Origin: Promethearchaeota archaeon | Lineage (GTDB): Archaea; Asgardarchaeota; Lokiarchaeia; Sigyniarchaeales; SOKP01 | Direction of reading: 5' to 3' | DNA: 30,688 nt | NCBI GenBank assembly: GCA_016930515.1 | Contig: JAFGGO010000038.1 | Span: 1-30,688, forward strand | In this document: piece after piece, positions 16,827 to 25,959 of the stretch | Layout: every line of letters starts with the position of its first letter | Position numbering within the stretch: the stretch's first letter is position 1 | Position numbers and translations under genes: made by a program | The notes under the pieces: model-generated | Database searches by the model: none | Seen by the model: the letters and a program-made list of their open reading frames with translations, nothing else | What the model was told of the DNA's origin: nothing

Positions 16827-19688
16827 ATGGTTTCGTTTCTTGAATACAACGACGAATTAGCAGATAAATCGATCGAGGAACTAGAAAAATTTTTCAATAC
16901 TGATATAACGAGAGGATTAAGTTCTTTAGAAGCAAAAAACAGGCAGATTAGCGGGGGATACAATGAAATACCTAAACCACGTAAATCAGTTTGGAAAATT
17001 TACCTTTCTCCAATCTTTAATTTTCTAATCGTAATTTTAATAATCACATCTTTTATAGTAATTATTCTTGGATCTCCAGAATCCACATATGTAACGCTTT
17101 TCATGATAGTTATCAATTCTATCATGGTGATTATTCAACAATATCGGGCTCAGAAAGCGATTGAGTCTCTTAGGAAAATATCCGCCCTAAAAGCTACCGT
17201 CACGAGAGACGGTTCAAGAAAGGAAATATTTGTTAGGGAGATCGTACCAGGAGACATCATAACGGTTGTTCAAGGAAATAAAATCCCCGCTGATGGAAGG
17301 ATCGTAAAAGCACTCAATTTCACGGTGAACGAAGCTCCTTTAACTGGGGAAAGTGATTCTATTGAAAAAAAAGAAAAAATTCCTTTTCAAAGTGAGGGAG
17401 ACGATCAGGTTTATATGGGAACATTTGTTGAAACAGGAAAGGGCACCATTCTAATAACTAATACTGGAATTAAATCGAAATTAGGTGAGATCTCGAATTC
17501 TCTTAGCGAGATGGGATTTATTGAAGATATACCCTTGACGAGAAAATTAAATAGATTAGGATACATTCTGGGGATCGTCGTCTTAATTAATTTATTTATT
17601 CTTATCATATATAAGCTTATATTTTTATTTCTTGAAAAGAATTTTACCTCCACGGCTATCAGCAAGGTTCTTGCAAGCTCTATAATTAGAGCAATGAATG
17701 TAATTCCCGTTAACTTACCATTACTCACAACCCTCATAATCATAACTGGTGTTATTAGTATGGCAAAGAACGGGGTGATAATTAAGAATTTATCCTCAAT
17801 TGAATCCCTTGGAAGAGTTTCCGTGCTATGTTCTGATAAAACGGGCACTATAACACAAAACGAGATGACGGTCGAGAAGTTTTGGATAAATGGAAAAGAG
17901 CACGATCTTGAAAATTTTATAACTATTTTTTCAGGTTTGAGAGCTGAAATCGATGAAAACGAATTGTATACAGATCTTACTTTTCAAAGATTTATTGGGT
18001 CATTGGTTGTGAATAATAACGTAGAATTTTCAAACTTGCAAGAAAATCATAATCCAAATTTATTAAATGACCAAATTAAACAAAAGACATTAATCGGCTC
18101 TGGTACGGAAATTTCTTTAATTAATTTTGTAGAAAATATGGGATTTGATACTTCAGAAATCCGTAACGAATTCACAATAATTGCTCAGTTTCCTTTCAAA
18201 TCCGATTTAAAAAGGATGACGACAATTTGTAACATTAAAAATCAAAACAATGCGATCATATTGTTTATGAAAGGCGCACCTGAAATAGTTCTTGATTATT
18301 GTACTCACTTCGAAGTGAAAGAAAAATTAGAATTGCTTGATAACACTATCAAACAATACATATTAAATAGAGTTATAGTTAGGGCGCAACAAGGATATAG
18401 GATATTGGGGTTAGCATTTAAAAAAATGACTCCTGAAAAAGAATACCTAAGAGAAGATGTAGAAAAGGATCTTACTTTTTTAGGCTTTGTTACGATTAAA
18501 GATCCTCCTAGATTTGGAGTAAAACAATCCGTAAAAGAATGCAAGCACGCAGGTATTAAAGTAATAATGGTAACTGGAGACCACCCCACTACGGCAAAAA
18601 CTATCGCATCCGAGGTGGGGATACTCCAAGATGGGGATAAGGAACTAGTTGTTGAAGGATTAAATATCTATAATTTTAAGGGAAATAACTTCCTCAATAT
18701 ATCTGTATTTTCTCGCATTAGTCCCTTGAGTAAGGAAGTGATTGTAGAACAATACCAAGAACACGGAAAAGTCGTAGCCATGACAGGAGATGGAATTAAT
18801 GATGCCTTGGCGCTTAAAAAAGCAGAAATAGGGATTGCAATGGGAATAAAAGGCACGGACACTGCTAAAGAAACCGCCGACATGATCATTTCTGACGATA
18901 ATTTTGTTTCGATCGTCAAGGGTATACGGATTGGTAGGGGAACCTTTGCAAAAATACGAGTCATAATTTATTTTTTTGTGTGTATGAACTTGATGGAAGC
19001 ATTTATTTATTTTTTTTACGAATTTGTACCTGGTTTTGATTTATTTTCATCTAACTGGCAACACATTTATGTATTTACTATCATCCATGGTTTGATTTCC
19101 CTCCCATTAATTTTTGACAAGCCACCAATCAATATCATGATGGAAAAACCTAAGGATAAAGAAGAGATTCTCAATAAAAAAATATGGTATTTACTAATCA
19201 TTCAAGCGTTCTTAAATGGCGTAGGTATTGTTTTAGCGCTACAGCTAACCCTTGGAGGATTTTTTCCATTGAATGATTTCAACACGAATCCCGCCCTTAG
19301 CTATATTCCCGCTAATGTTGTTTCAAATACGCAATTGCTTGAAATGAAAGCCCGTACGATGTTCTTCACTACTTTATTTATTGTTGAAACAAATTTCGTA
19401 TGGTCTTTCAGACGAATAAATAGTTCAGTCCTAAAAAGTTTTAAAGAAGAATTCAACCTCGTATTACTTTTCGTGTGTCTTTTTACTCTAAGCATGCATT
19501 TTTTGCTTGTAATTTTTTCCTTTCCATTAAATTTCATTATAAATGACGTAATGGGACTTAATTTACAACTGAATTTCATGTTTCTTAGTTTTAGCGATTG
19601 GATGGCATGTATTGCTCTAGCGTGCATTGGATTAATCGGATTTGAAGTGGTTAAAGCCCTTGCTCGTAAAAAAAAAATTGTTTTTTAA
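16827..19688 (+). CDS. P-type ATPase, P2-like scaffold with non-canonical transport site (paralog 1)
   Basis: TGES, CSDKTGT (D337), KGAPE, DPPR, TGD, MTGDGIND; 10-TM layout; M4 reads IPVNLP instead of IPEGLP. Confidence 0.93.
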   Translation: MVSFLEYNDELADKSIEELEKFFNTDITRGLSSLEAKNRQISGGYNEIPKPRKSVWKIYLSPIFNFLIVILIITSFIVIILGSPESTYVTLFMIVINSIMVIIQQYRAQKAIESLRKISALKATVTRDGSRKEIFVREIVPGDIITVVQGNKIPADGRIVKALNFTVNEAPLTGESDSIEKKEKIPFQSEGDDQVYMGTFVETGKGTILITNTGIKSKLGEISNSLSEMGFIEDIPLTRKLNRLGYILGIVVLINLFILIIYKLIFLFLEKNFTSTAISKVLASSIIRAMNVIPVNLPLLTTLIIITGVISMAKNGVIIKNLSSIESLGRVSVLCSDKTGTITQNEMTVEKFWINGKEHDLENFITIFSGLRAEIDENELYTDLTFQRFIGSLVVNNNVEFSNLQENHNPNLLNDQIKQKTLIGSGTEISLINFVENMGFDTSEIRNEFTIIAQFPFKSDLKRMTTICNIKNQNNAIILFMKGAPEIVLDYCTHFEVKEKLELLDNTIKQYILNRVIVRAQQGYRILGLAFKKMTPEKEYLREDVEKDLTFLGFVTIKDPPRFGVKQSVKECKHAGIKVIMVTGDHPTTAKTIASEVGILQDGDKELVVEGLNIYNFKGNNFLNISVFSRISPLSKEVIVEQYQEHGKVVAMTGDGINDALALKKAEIGIAMGIKGTDTAKETADMIISDDNFVSIVKGIRIGRGTFAKIRVIIYFFVCMNLMEAFIYFFYEFVPGFDLFSSNWQHIYVFTIIHGLISLPLIFDKPPINIMMEKPKDKEEILNKKIWYLLIIQAFLNGVGIVLALQLTLGGFFPLNDFNTNPALSYIPANVVSNTQLLEMKARTMFFTTLFIVETNFVWSFRRINSSVLKSFKEEFNLVLLFVCLFTLSMHFLLVIFSFPLNFIINDVMGLNLQLNFMFLSFSDWMACIALACIGLIGFEVVKALARKKKIVF

Positions 19689-19834
19689 AAAGAATAATTG
19701 ATAATTTTCAAGTCTTTTTAATGAAAGCTTTTAGACCCAATTTAATAAGTATGACTTATCAATAATAATAAATACAAAAAGTCTTTCTATTATTACTATC
19801 AATATTTTCAAATTGTGTTAGAAGTAAATTTTTC

Positions 19835-22747
19835 GTGGATGGAAAAGCAATGGAAACAACATATTATGCTAAAGAATTAGAAGAAATTTATAGAGAACTG
19901 GATACGAATCCAACTAAAGGCCTTTCGAATGATGAAGCTAAATCTCGACTTTTAAAAGACGGATACAACGAGATTCCAAAGGTTTCAAAGGGATTTATAA
20001 AAATATATCTTGCTCCCTTGTTTAATTGGTTAATAGTTATTTATTTATTCGCCACACTAATAATGATTATCTTTCAAATAATAGGATGGGGTGGAGACTA
20101 TGTCATGATAACCCTTACTTTGGGCATAGTTGCTTTAAATTGCATTGTTGCCATCGTACAACAATATAGAGCAACAAAGAAATTAAATGCTTTGCGAGAA
20201 CTCTCGGCACCAACAACCACTATTGTCCGAGATGGCCAAAAGATAGATATAGACTCCAGAAACATCGTTAAGGGAGATATTTTAGTATTAAATCAAGGAG
20301 ATAAAATCCCTGCTGATGCAAGGATAATCACTGCTTCTAACTTAGAAGCAAACGAATCTTCCTTAACTGGAGAAAGCGAACCTGCAAGAAAAAATTCTGA
20401 CGGAAATCCCTTGCCAGCTACGGAAATAATACCTATAGGCTCAAGGAAGAACATGGTTTTTTACGGAACCTTCATCACTATAGGAAACGGAAAAGCTGTT
20501 GTCGTAAAGACTGGAGCAAACACGGAAATAGGACGATTATCGTACGAATTAGAGCAGGCAGGTACGAGCGATATTCCTATTCGTCAAAAAATGAACCATT
20601 TTGGTAAATGGCTTGGTATAAGTGTTTTACTTTTATGGGTAATATTAATCATTTACGAGTTAATTAAAGGGGCGATAGTTTCAGGGTCCGAAGAGCTTAA
20701 TTTAGTAGGAAGTTTAAACGCCGCAATGGACCTCATGCCTATCAATTTACCATTGCTAACAACCATCGTCTTATTGACAGGACTGGTTGCCATGGCTAAA
20801 TCAGGAGTTATTGTTAGAAATTTAGCGTCTGTTGATAGCTTGGGGAGAGTGAGTGTAGTATGCTCAGATAAAACGGGGACCCTTACAAAAAATCAAATGA
20901 GCGTCCAACATATTTGGACTAACGGCTCAATCTTTAAGGTCACGGGAGCAGGTTATAATCCAGAAGGTCAAATCATTAATATTAACGATCCCAAGAATTT
21001 CATATATGTAAAACATGTGGAAGATCACCCCGAACTAAAACTTCTATTGATTTCGGGTTTTTTAAATAATAATTCTGCTTTAGTGAAAAACGAAATCGAA
21101 GTAGGGTCGAAGAAAATCGATACATGGAATGTAGTAGGTTCACCTACTGAAGGAGCGCTCATGGTGTTGTTCCAAAAAGGGATGGGAGATTACATCTTAG
21201 AAGATTACGAACAAATAAAAGAATATCCGTTCGATTCAAAGATCAAGAGAATGACCAAAATCTTTCGTCAAAATGAAAAACATTATTCCTTTACGAAAGG
21301 TGCTTCAGAAGTATTATTACCCTTGAGTTCAAAAATTCTTTATAAAAACGCAAACATCGAATTTACTGAAGACCTTAAGAAGGAGATAATGAATAAGGTC
21401 GATTATTACGCTGCTCAAGGATACAGAATATTAAGCCTTTGTTATAAAGAGTTTTATGCGCTACCAGCTCACGGAGACGACGATCGCGATCATTTTGAAT
21501 CCGATTTAATATATCTTGGTTTTGTTACTATCTTGGATCCTCCGCGTGAAAAAGTTAAAGAGTCCGTAGAAGAATGTCATAGAGCTGGTGTTGATGTAGT
21601 AATGATTACGGGAGACTCCCCTACAACAGCAAAATCCATTGCGAGTCAAATTTCCATTATAAAAAACGAGGACGAACTAGTTTATGAAGGTAAGGACATT
21701 AAAGACGCCATAAAATCTCCAGATTTCGATAAGATCAAGGTATTTGCTAGAGTTTCTCCTGAGCACAAGCAAGACATTGTCAACAAGTACAAGGAAGAAA
21801 AAAGAGTGGTAGCCATGACTGGAGACGGTGTTAACGACGCCTTGGCCTTAAATCTTGCGGATGCGGGTATTGCCATGGGTATTACGGGTACAGATGTTGC
21901 CAAGGAAGCCTCAGACATGGTCATATCCGACGATTCATTTAACTCAATAGTTACGGGCATTGAACAGGGAAGGGGTATTTTTGCGAAAATCAGAGCGATT
22001 ATCGTGTTCTTCATTTGTATTAATGTTTTCGAAGGAGTCGCACAAATCATGCTGTATGTCATATTAGGATATCCATACCTGCTAAGTCCAGAATATTACA
22101 TGATGTGGGTTTTGTTATCTATAACTATTCACACTTTCCCTAGCTTGGGACTAGTTTTTGATGATATTCCTAAAGAAGTAATGGAAGAGAAGCCGAAGGA
22201 CTCTGAAGAGATTTTATCAGGAAACACATTGCGATTAATGGTGCCATTTGGGATTTTACTCGTAATTACCATGATTATAACTTACTTTATAGTATACAAT
22301 GGAGTATATCCCGTTTTTCCAGAGAATTTTAATTTCGGTTCATTAAATGATGCATATCTATATAGTCCATCAACAATAATGGAAGGAACAAATCGACAAG
22401 TTGCTAAAACGCTAACAATGCTAATGACGGTATTATTCATTTGTGAATCGTTTTTAATCCTTCAAATTAGGCGTCCTAACAAGTCCTTAATTAGAAGCAT
22501 TAAAGAAGATGGCAATAAGTATATTTATTTTACGATTGCTTTGGTATTTATATTCCTTCTTTTATTAATGTACTTCCCATATCTTCAAGTTTCTCTGAAA
22601 ATCCCTTACGAAAATCAGAGAAGGACTTTCGCCTTGATGTTTCTTACTGCTGGAGATTGGCTCGTTTGCTTCTTACTCTCGGCGATTTGCGTCGTCGGTT
22701 TTGAGATTTACAAATTTTATTTTCGTAGAAAAGGAGAAACATTCTAA
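19835..22747 (+). CDS. P-type ATPase, P2-like scaffold with non-canonical transport site (paralog 2)
   Basis: TGES, CSDKTGT (D345), KGASE, DPPR, TGD, MTGDGVND; M4 reads MPINLP. Start is GTG 19835 or ATG 19850. Confidence 0.93.
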   Translation: MDGKAMETTYYAKELEEIYRELDTNPTKGLSNDEAKSRLLKDGYNEIPKVSKGFIKIYLAPLFNWLIVIYLFATLIMIIFQIIGWGGDYVMITLTLGIVALNCIVAIVQQYRATKKLNALRELSAPTTTIVRDGQKIDIDSRNIVKGDILVLNQGDKIPADARIITASNLEANESSLTGESEPARKNSDGNPLPATEIIPIGSRKNMVFYGTFITIGNGKAVVVKTGANTEIGRLSYELEQAGTSDIPIRQKMNHFGKWLGISVLLLWVILIIYELIKGAIVSGSEELNLVGSLNAAMDLMPINLPLLTTIVLLTGLVAMAKSGVIVRNLASVDSLGRVSVVCSDKTGTLTKNQMSVQHIWTNGSIFKVTGAGYNPEGQIININDPKNFIYVKHVEDHPELKLLLISGFLNNNSALVKNEIEVGSKKIDTWNVVGSPTEGALMVLFQKGMGDYILEDYEQIKEYPFDSKIKRMTKIFRQNEKHYSFTKGASEVLLPLSSKILYKNANIEFTEDLKKEIMNKVDYYAAQGYRILSLCYKEFYALPAHGDDDRDHFESDLIYLGFVTILDPPREKVKESVEECHRAGVDVVMITGDSPTTAKSIASQISIIKNEDELVYEGKDIKDAIKSPDFDKIKVFARVSPEHKQDIVNKYKEEKRVVAMTGDGVNDALALNLADAGIAMGITGTDVAKEASDMVISDDSFNSIVTGIEQGRGIFAKIRAIIVFFICINVFEGVAQIMLYVILGYPYLLSPEYYMMWVLLSITIHTFPSLGLVFDDIPKEVMEEKPKDSEEILSGNTLRLMVPFGILLVITMIITYFIVYNGVYPVFPENFNFGSLNDAYLYSPSTIMEGTNRQVAKTLTMLMTVLFICESFLILQIRRPNKSLIRSIKEDGNKYIYFTIALVFIFLLLLMYFPYLQVSLKIPYENQRRTFALMFLTAGDWLVCFLLSAICVVGFEIYKFYFRRKGETF

Positions 22748-22780
22748 TTTATTTCTTTTTTTAAATTTACTTTTTATTTA
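22748..22780 (+). terminator. Oligo-T tract after the second ATPase
   Basis: T-rich run immediately after the stop codon. Confidence 0.45.
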
Positions 22781-22867
22781 TTGTTGAAATAATAAGAATA
22801 AAAAACTATCAAGTATTTTTTAGGAATGTGATTATATCACTTAAGTAATAAATAAATAAGGATTAAA

Positions 22868-24190
22868 ATGACCAAACCAATTGTATCTATTGTTAAATAC
22901 GAAAAACCTCTTGAATCAGTTCGAAAAGCCATAGATCTCGCAAAAGGGTTCGAGAATCTCCCTTCCAATGCTAAAGTATTCATAAAACCTAACATCGTGT
23001 TTTGGACAAAGGAATGTGACTTTCCAAAATATGGCGCTTTGACCACTTCGAGAGTTGTTGAAGACGTAGTCAAACTCTTAAAAGAAAAAGGCATTAATGA
23101 CATCACGATTGGAGAGGGCGTCGTTGTAGATGATCCTAAAGATAAGGAAACCCCTACTGATGCTTTTGAGAAGCTTGGATATAACACTTTAAAGCAGAAA
23201 TACGGAGTTAAGGTCTATAATATTATGGAAAGACCGTTTGAAAAAGTTGAACTTACTGAAGAACTCACGGTGAAAATGAACGCCGATATGCTCGATTGCG
23301 ATTTTTTCATTGACATTCCCGTTCTTAAAACGCACGCTCAGTGCGTAATAAGTTTAGGCACGAAAAATATTAAAGGACTCATTAGCATCGCTTCTCGGAA
23401 AAAATTTCATAGCCCAGATCCCGATAAGAATCTCGATTATAATGTTGCTCAACTGGCAAACAAAGTTCCTCCAACCTTGGTAATCATTGATGGAATATTT
23501 TCCTTAGAAAGAGGTCCCTCAATCGATGGCAAGGCACATAGGACAAATGTGTTAATAACATCAAAAGATGTTCTTTCAGCAGATTTGGTAGGCTCAAATA
23601 TACTCGAAATCGATCCAAAAAGCGTTCCTCATTTGGTTCAATCAGCGAAGCAAAAAGGTCGACCCTTGGATCTATCGGATATAGAACTCGTAGGTGAAAA
23701 GATAGCGGATTTTGCGGCACCACACGAATGGGATTATGTTTACGCGGGTGATGACGACATGCCCCTTCCCTATCAGAGAGCGGGTATCACGGGGATCAAG
23801 TATCATAAATACGACAAGACGATGTGCACTTACTGCTCGGGACTTAACGGCACGCTTTTAATGGCAGTAAAGATGGGATTCAAAGGAGAACCATTCGATA
23901 ACATCGAAATATTAACCGGAAAAATCTTAGAACCTTCTCCAGGAATGAATAAAACGATCTTAGTCGGACAGTGCCAATATAATAAAAACAAGGATAATCC
24001 ACTGATAAAGGAAAGGATCGTCATACCTGGTTGTCCCCCTCAGGCAGATAAAATTCAAGGAGCACTTGAACAGGCAGGCATTATGGTTCCTCCAGGATTC
24101 TTTGATAACATCGATAAAGGTCCTCTCATGTTCCTCAAGCGATATCAGGGTAATCCTGATTTCGATGAAGAATTATTCCAAGTAAAATAA
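22868..24190 (+). CDS. DUF362 domain protein with a C-terminal Cys-containing (putative Fe-S) module
   Basis: VFIKPNIV, ITIGEG, IPVLKTH...SLGTKNIKG, IIDGI..LERGP, DVLSADLVG; C-terminal CTYC...GQC...IPGCPP. Confidence 0.82.
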   Translation: MTKPIVSIVKYEKPLESVRKAIDLAKGFENLPSNAKVFIKPNIVFWTKECDFPKYGALTTSRVVEDVVKLLKEKGINDITIGEGVVVDDPKDKETPTDAFEKLGYNTLKQKYGVKVYNIMERPFEKVELTEELTVKMNADMLDCDFFIDIPVLKTHAQCVISLGTKNIKGLISIASRKKFHSPDPDKNLDYNVAQLANKVPPTLVIIDGIFSLERGPSIDGKAHRTNVLITSKDVLSADLVGSNILEIDPKSVPHLVQSAKQKGRPLDLSDIELVGEKIADFAAPHEWDYVYAGDDDMPLPYQRAGITGIKYHKYDKTMCTYCSGLNGTLLMAVKMGFKGEPFDNIEILTGKILEPSPGMNKTILVGQCQYNKNKDNPLIKERIVIPGCPPQADKIQGALEQAGIMVPPGFFDNIDKGPLMFLKRYQGNPDFDEELFQVK

Positions 24191-24277
24191 ATTTTTTTAA
24201 ATTCCACTCCTTCTTATTTTTTTTACATTCCATATTATTAATAGAATTAATTAAAATATTAAGTACTAAAAACTATA

Positions 24278-25456
24278 ATGGAAAGTAACACCGATAAATC
24301 CCATAAAAAGTTTAGTCTAAGAGAATTAGGGGGTGCACTCGGCGATTGGGGAACTTTAATACCATTCGTTATTGGATATACGGCAATCGTCGGGCTTAAT
24401 CCAGCGGGTTTATTTCTCTGTCTTGGAATTACAAATATCGTTTTAGGTATTAAATATAATTTACCTTTACCCGTTCAACCCCAAAAAACCATAGGAAGTG
24501 TCGCTCTTGCTAATTCTTGGAGTCCTAATTTGGTAATATCAACGGGATTTTTTACGGGAGTTATATGGACGATCTTGGGATTTTCAAAAAAAATAAGCGT
24601 GATTGTGAAGAAAATTCCCGTCCAATCAATTAGGGGAATACAATTAGGTCTTGCGCTTATCTTGGGTTGGACGGCTATTCTTTTATTTATCGATAACATC
24701 ATCTTAGGGTTGGTGTCCCTTTCAATCATAATTCTTTTGATCAAAAGCAAGCAGCTCCCTTCCGCCCTTCTTCTCGTGATTTTAGCTGTTCTTATCGTGT
24801 TTTTTTCTGGTACGCTTCCTATTTCTGAATTTAAATTAACCTTGCCAAAAATTAGTTTATACATCCCCACATTAGAAAATATTGTTTTAGGAATGATTTT
24901 AGCGGGTTTAGGTCAATTAATACTAACTTTAACTAATGTCATGGTAGCAACTGTTGTTTTAATCAAGGATTTGTTCCCTGAAAAAGAGTTCGACGCAAAT
25001 TCTCTGGCTTTAAACATGGGCATCATAAATATTGCATGCCCCTTTATAGGAGGAATGCCCTTGTGCCACGGATCTGGAGGACTTGCTGCCCAATATGCTT
25101 TTGGAGCAAGAACTGGAGGTTCAATGATATTAGAAGGCATAATGGAAATAGTATTAGGATTATTTTTTTCTGAATTTTTGTTAGCTTTTTTTTTATCGTT
25201 TCCGCAGGCAATATTAGGTGCGATGCTCTTATATACCGCCTTTATATTAGCAAAAGTATCTTTTAAAGATTTTAACAAGAGAATTTTTCCAATAACATTA
25301 ATATCTTCCATCCTTTGTTTCCTATTTAACATAACAATAGGATTTATCGTAGGTTTGACTCTATATTACATTTTTAAAAAAAAGATAGAAAAAGAAAATC
25401 TTGAATTGAATGGAGAGAACATCTATAAAGGGTTTGATTTAGAAAAATCGCAGTAA
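24278..25456 (+). CDS. MOT1-family molybdate (or tungstate)/sulfate transporter
   Basis: ELGGALGDWGTLIP, PLPVQPQKTI and GGMPLCHGSGGLAAQYAFGARTGG signature motifs; about 10 TM helices. Confidence 0.88.
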   Translation: MESNTDKSHKKFSLRELGGALGDWGTLIPFVIGYTAIVGLNPAGLFLCLGITNIVLGIKYNLPLPVQPQKTIGSVALANSWSPNLVISTGFFTGVIWTILGFSKKISVIVKKIPVQSIRGIQLGLALILGWTAILLFIDNIILGLVSLSIIILLIKSKQLPSALLLVILAVLIVFFSGTLPISEFKLTLPKISLYIPTLENIVLGMILAGLGQLILTLTNVMVATVVLIKDLFPEKEFDANSLALNMGIINIACPFIGGMPLCHGSGGLAAQYAFGARTGGSMILEGIMEIVLGLFFSEFLLAFFLSFPQAILGAMLLYTAFILAKVSFKDFNKRIFPITLISSILCFLFNITIGFIVGLTLYYIFKKKIEKENLELNGENIYKGFDLEKSQ

Positions 25457-25665
25457 AGAATGATTTTTTCGGTTCTGCCTATGATTAAAATTCGTTTTGC
25501 TAAGATCGACTGGTAACACCAAAATATTCTTTATGTATTACTAAGGAATAGATTATGCTCAAATCGACAGTTTGAATCTCACGAACGACAATAGAGTAAT
25601 GGTAAATGATATTCTATCCATTATCAAGAAAAAGAAAGTAAAAAAAATTCAGAATTTCAATTAAA

Positions 25666-25677
25666 TTTTTTTTTTTT
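25666..25677 (+). terminator. T12 tract, paired with an A-rich tract at 25626-25647; probable bidirectional terminator zone
   Basis: Lies between the convergent MOT1 gene (+) and the small ORF (-). Confidence 0.45.
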
Positions 25678-25681
25678 CGAT

Positions 25682-25837
25682 TTATTTTTCGTAAAAGATA
25701 GAAATATTGATAAATTCTGAATCTTGCGTTTGTAAGATTTTCACGACTTCAATATCCGAGTTTTTTTCCAACCAGTCGTTAATGATATCGTCTTTATTCA
25801 TCGACTTTACAAATACTTTAAAAGATACATATTTCAA
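25682..25837 (-). CDS. Uncalled small protein (51 aa), Cse60-like pattern
   Basis: Hand translation from TTG 25837: MKYVSFKVFVKSMNKDDIINDWLEKNSDIEVVKILQTQDSEFINISIFYEK*. SD-like GTGA upstream; alternative start GTG 25846. Confidence 0.7.
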   Translation of the reverse strand: MKYVSFKVFVKSMNKDDIINDWLEKNSDIEVVKILQTQDSEFINISIFYEK

Positions 25838-25959
25838 CTTTATCACGCTATTTTTTTATTGATAAAATATGGATTAGAATTATAATCCCGATTTAGTGTT
25901 AATAAATTAACGATATTTGAGTTTAAAAAATTTATTAAAATAAGAAAATAGATCGAAAT

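Noticed and set aside
16827-22747. Default annotation as SERCA-type Ca2+-ATPases, or as bona fide P4 flippases
   Set aside because: The Ca2+ ligands E309, N796, T799 and D800 are missing; the P4 hallmarks (DGET, M5 Lys, longer M4-P linker) are also missing.
17411-25332. Antisense ORFs inside the ATPase, DUF362 and MOT1 genes
   Set aside because: Overlapped by well-supported genes on the opposite strand; no independent coding evidence.
25410-25664. Possible + strand gene remnant after MOT1 (…GIDYAQIDSLNLTNDNRVMVNDILSIIKKKKVKK…)
   Set aside because: Multiple stops and no recognisable family; the poly-Lys is explained by the minus-strand terminator tract. A blastx search would be needed to rescue it.
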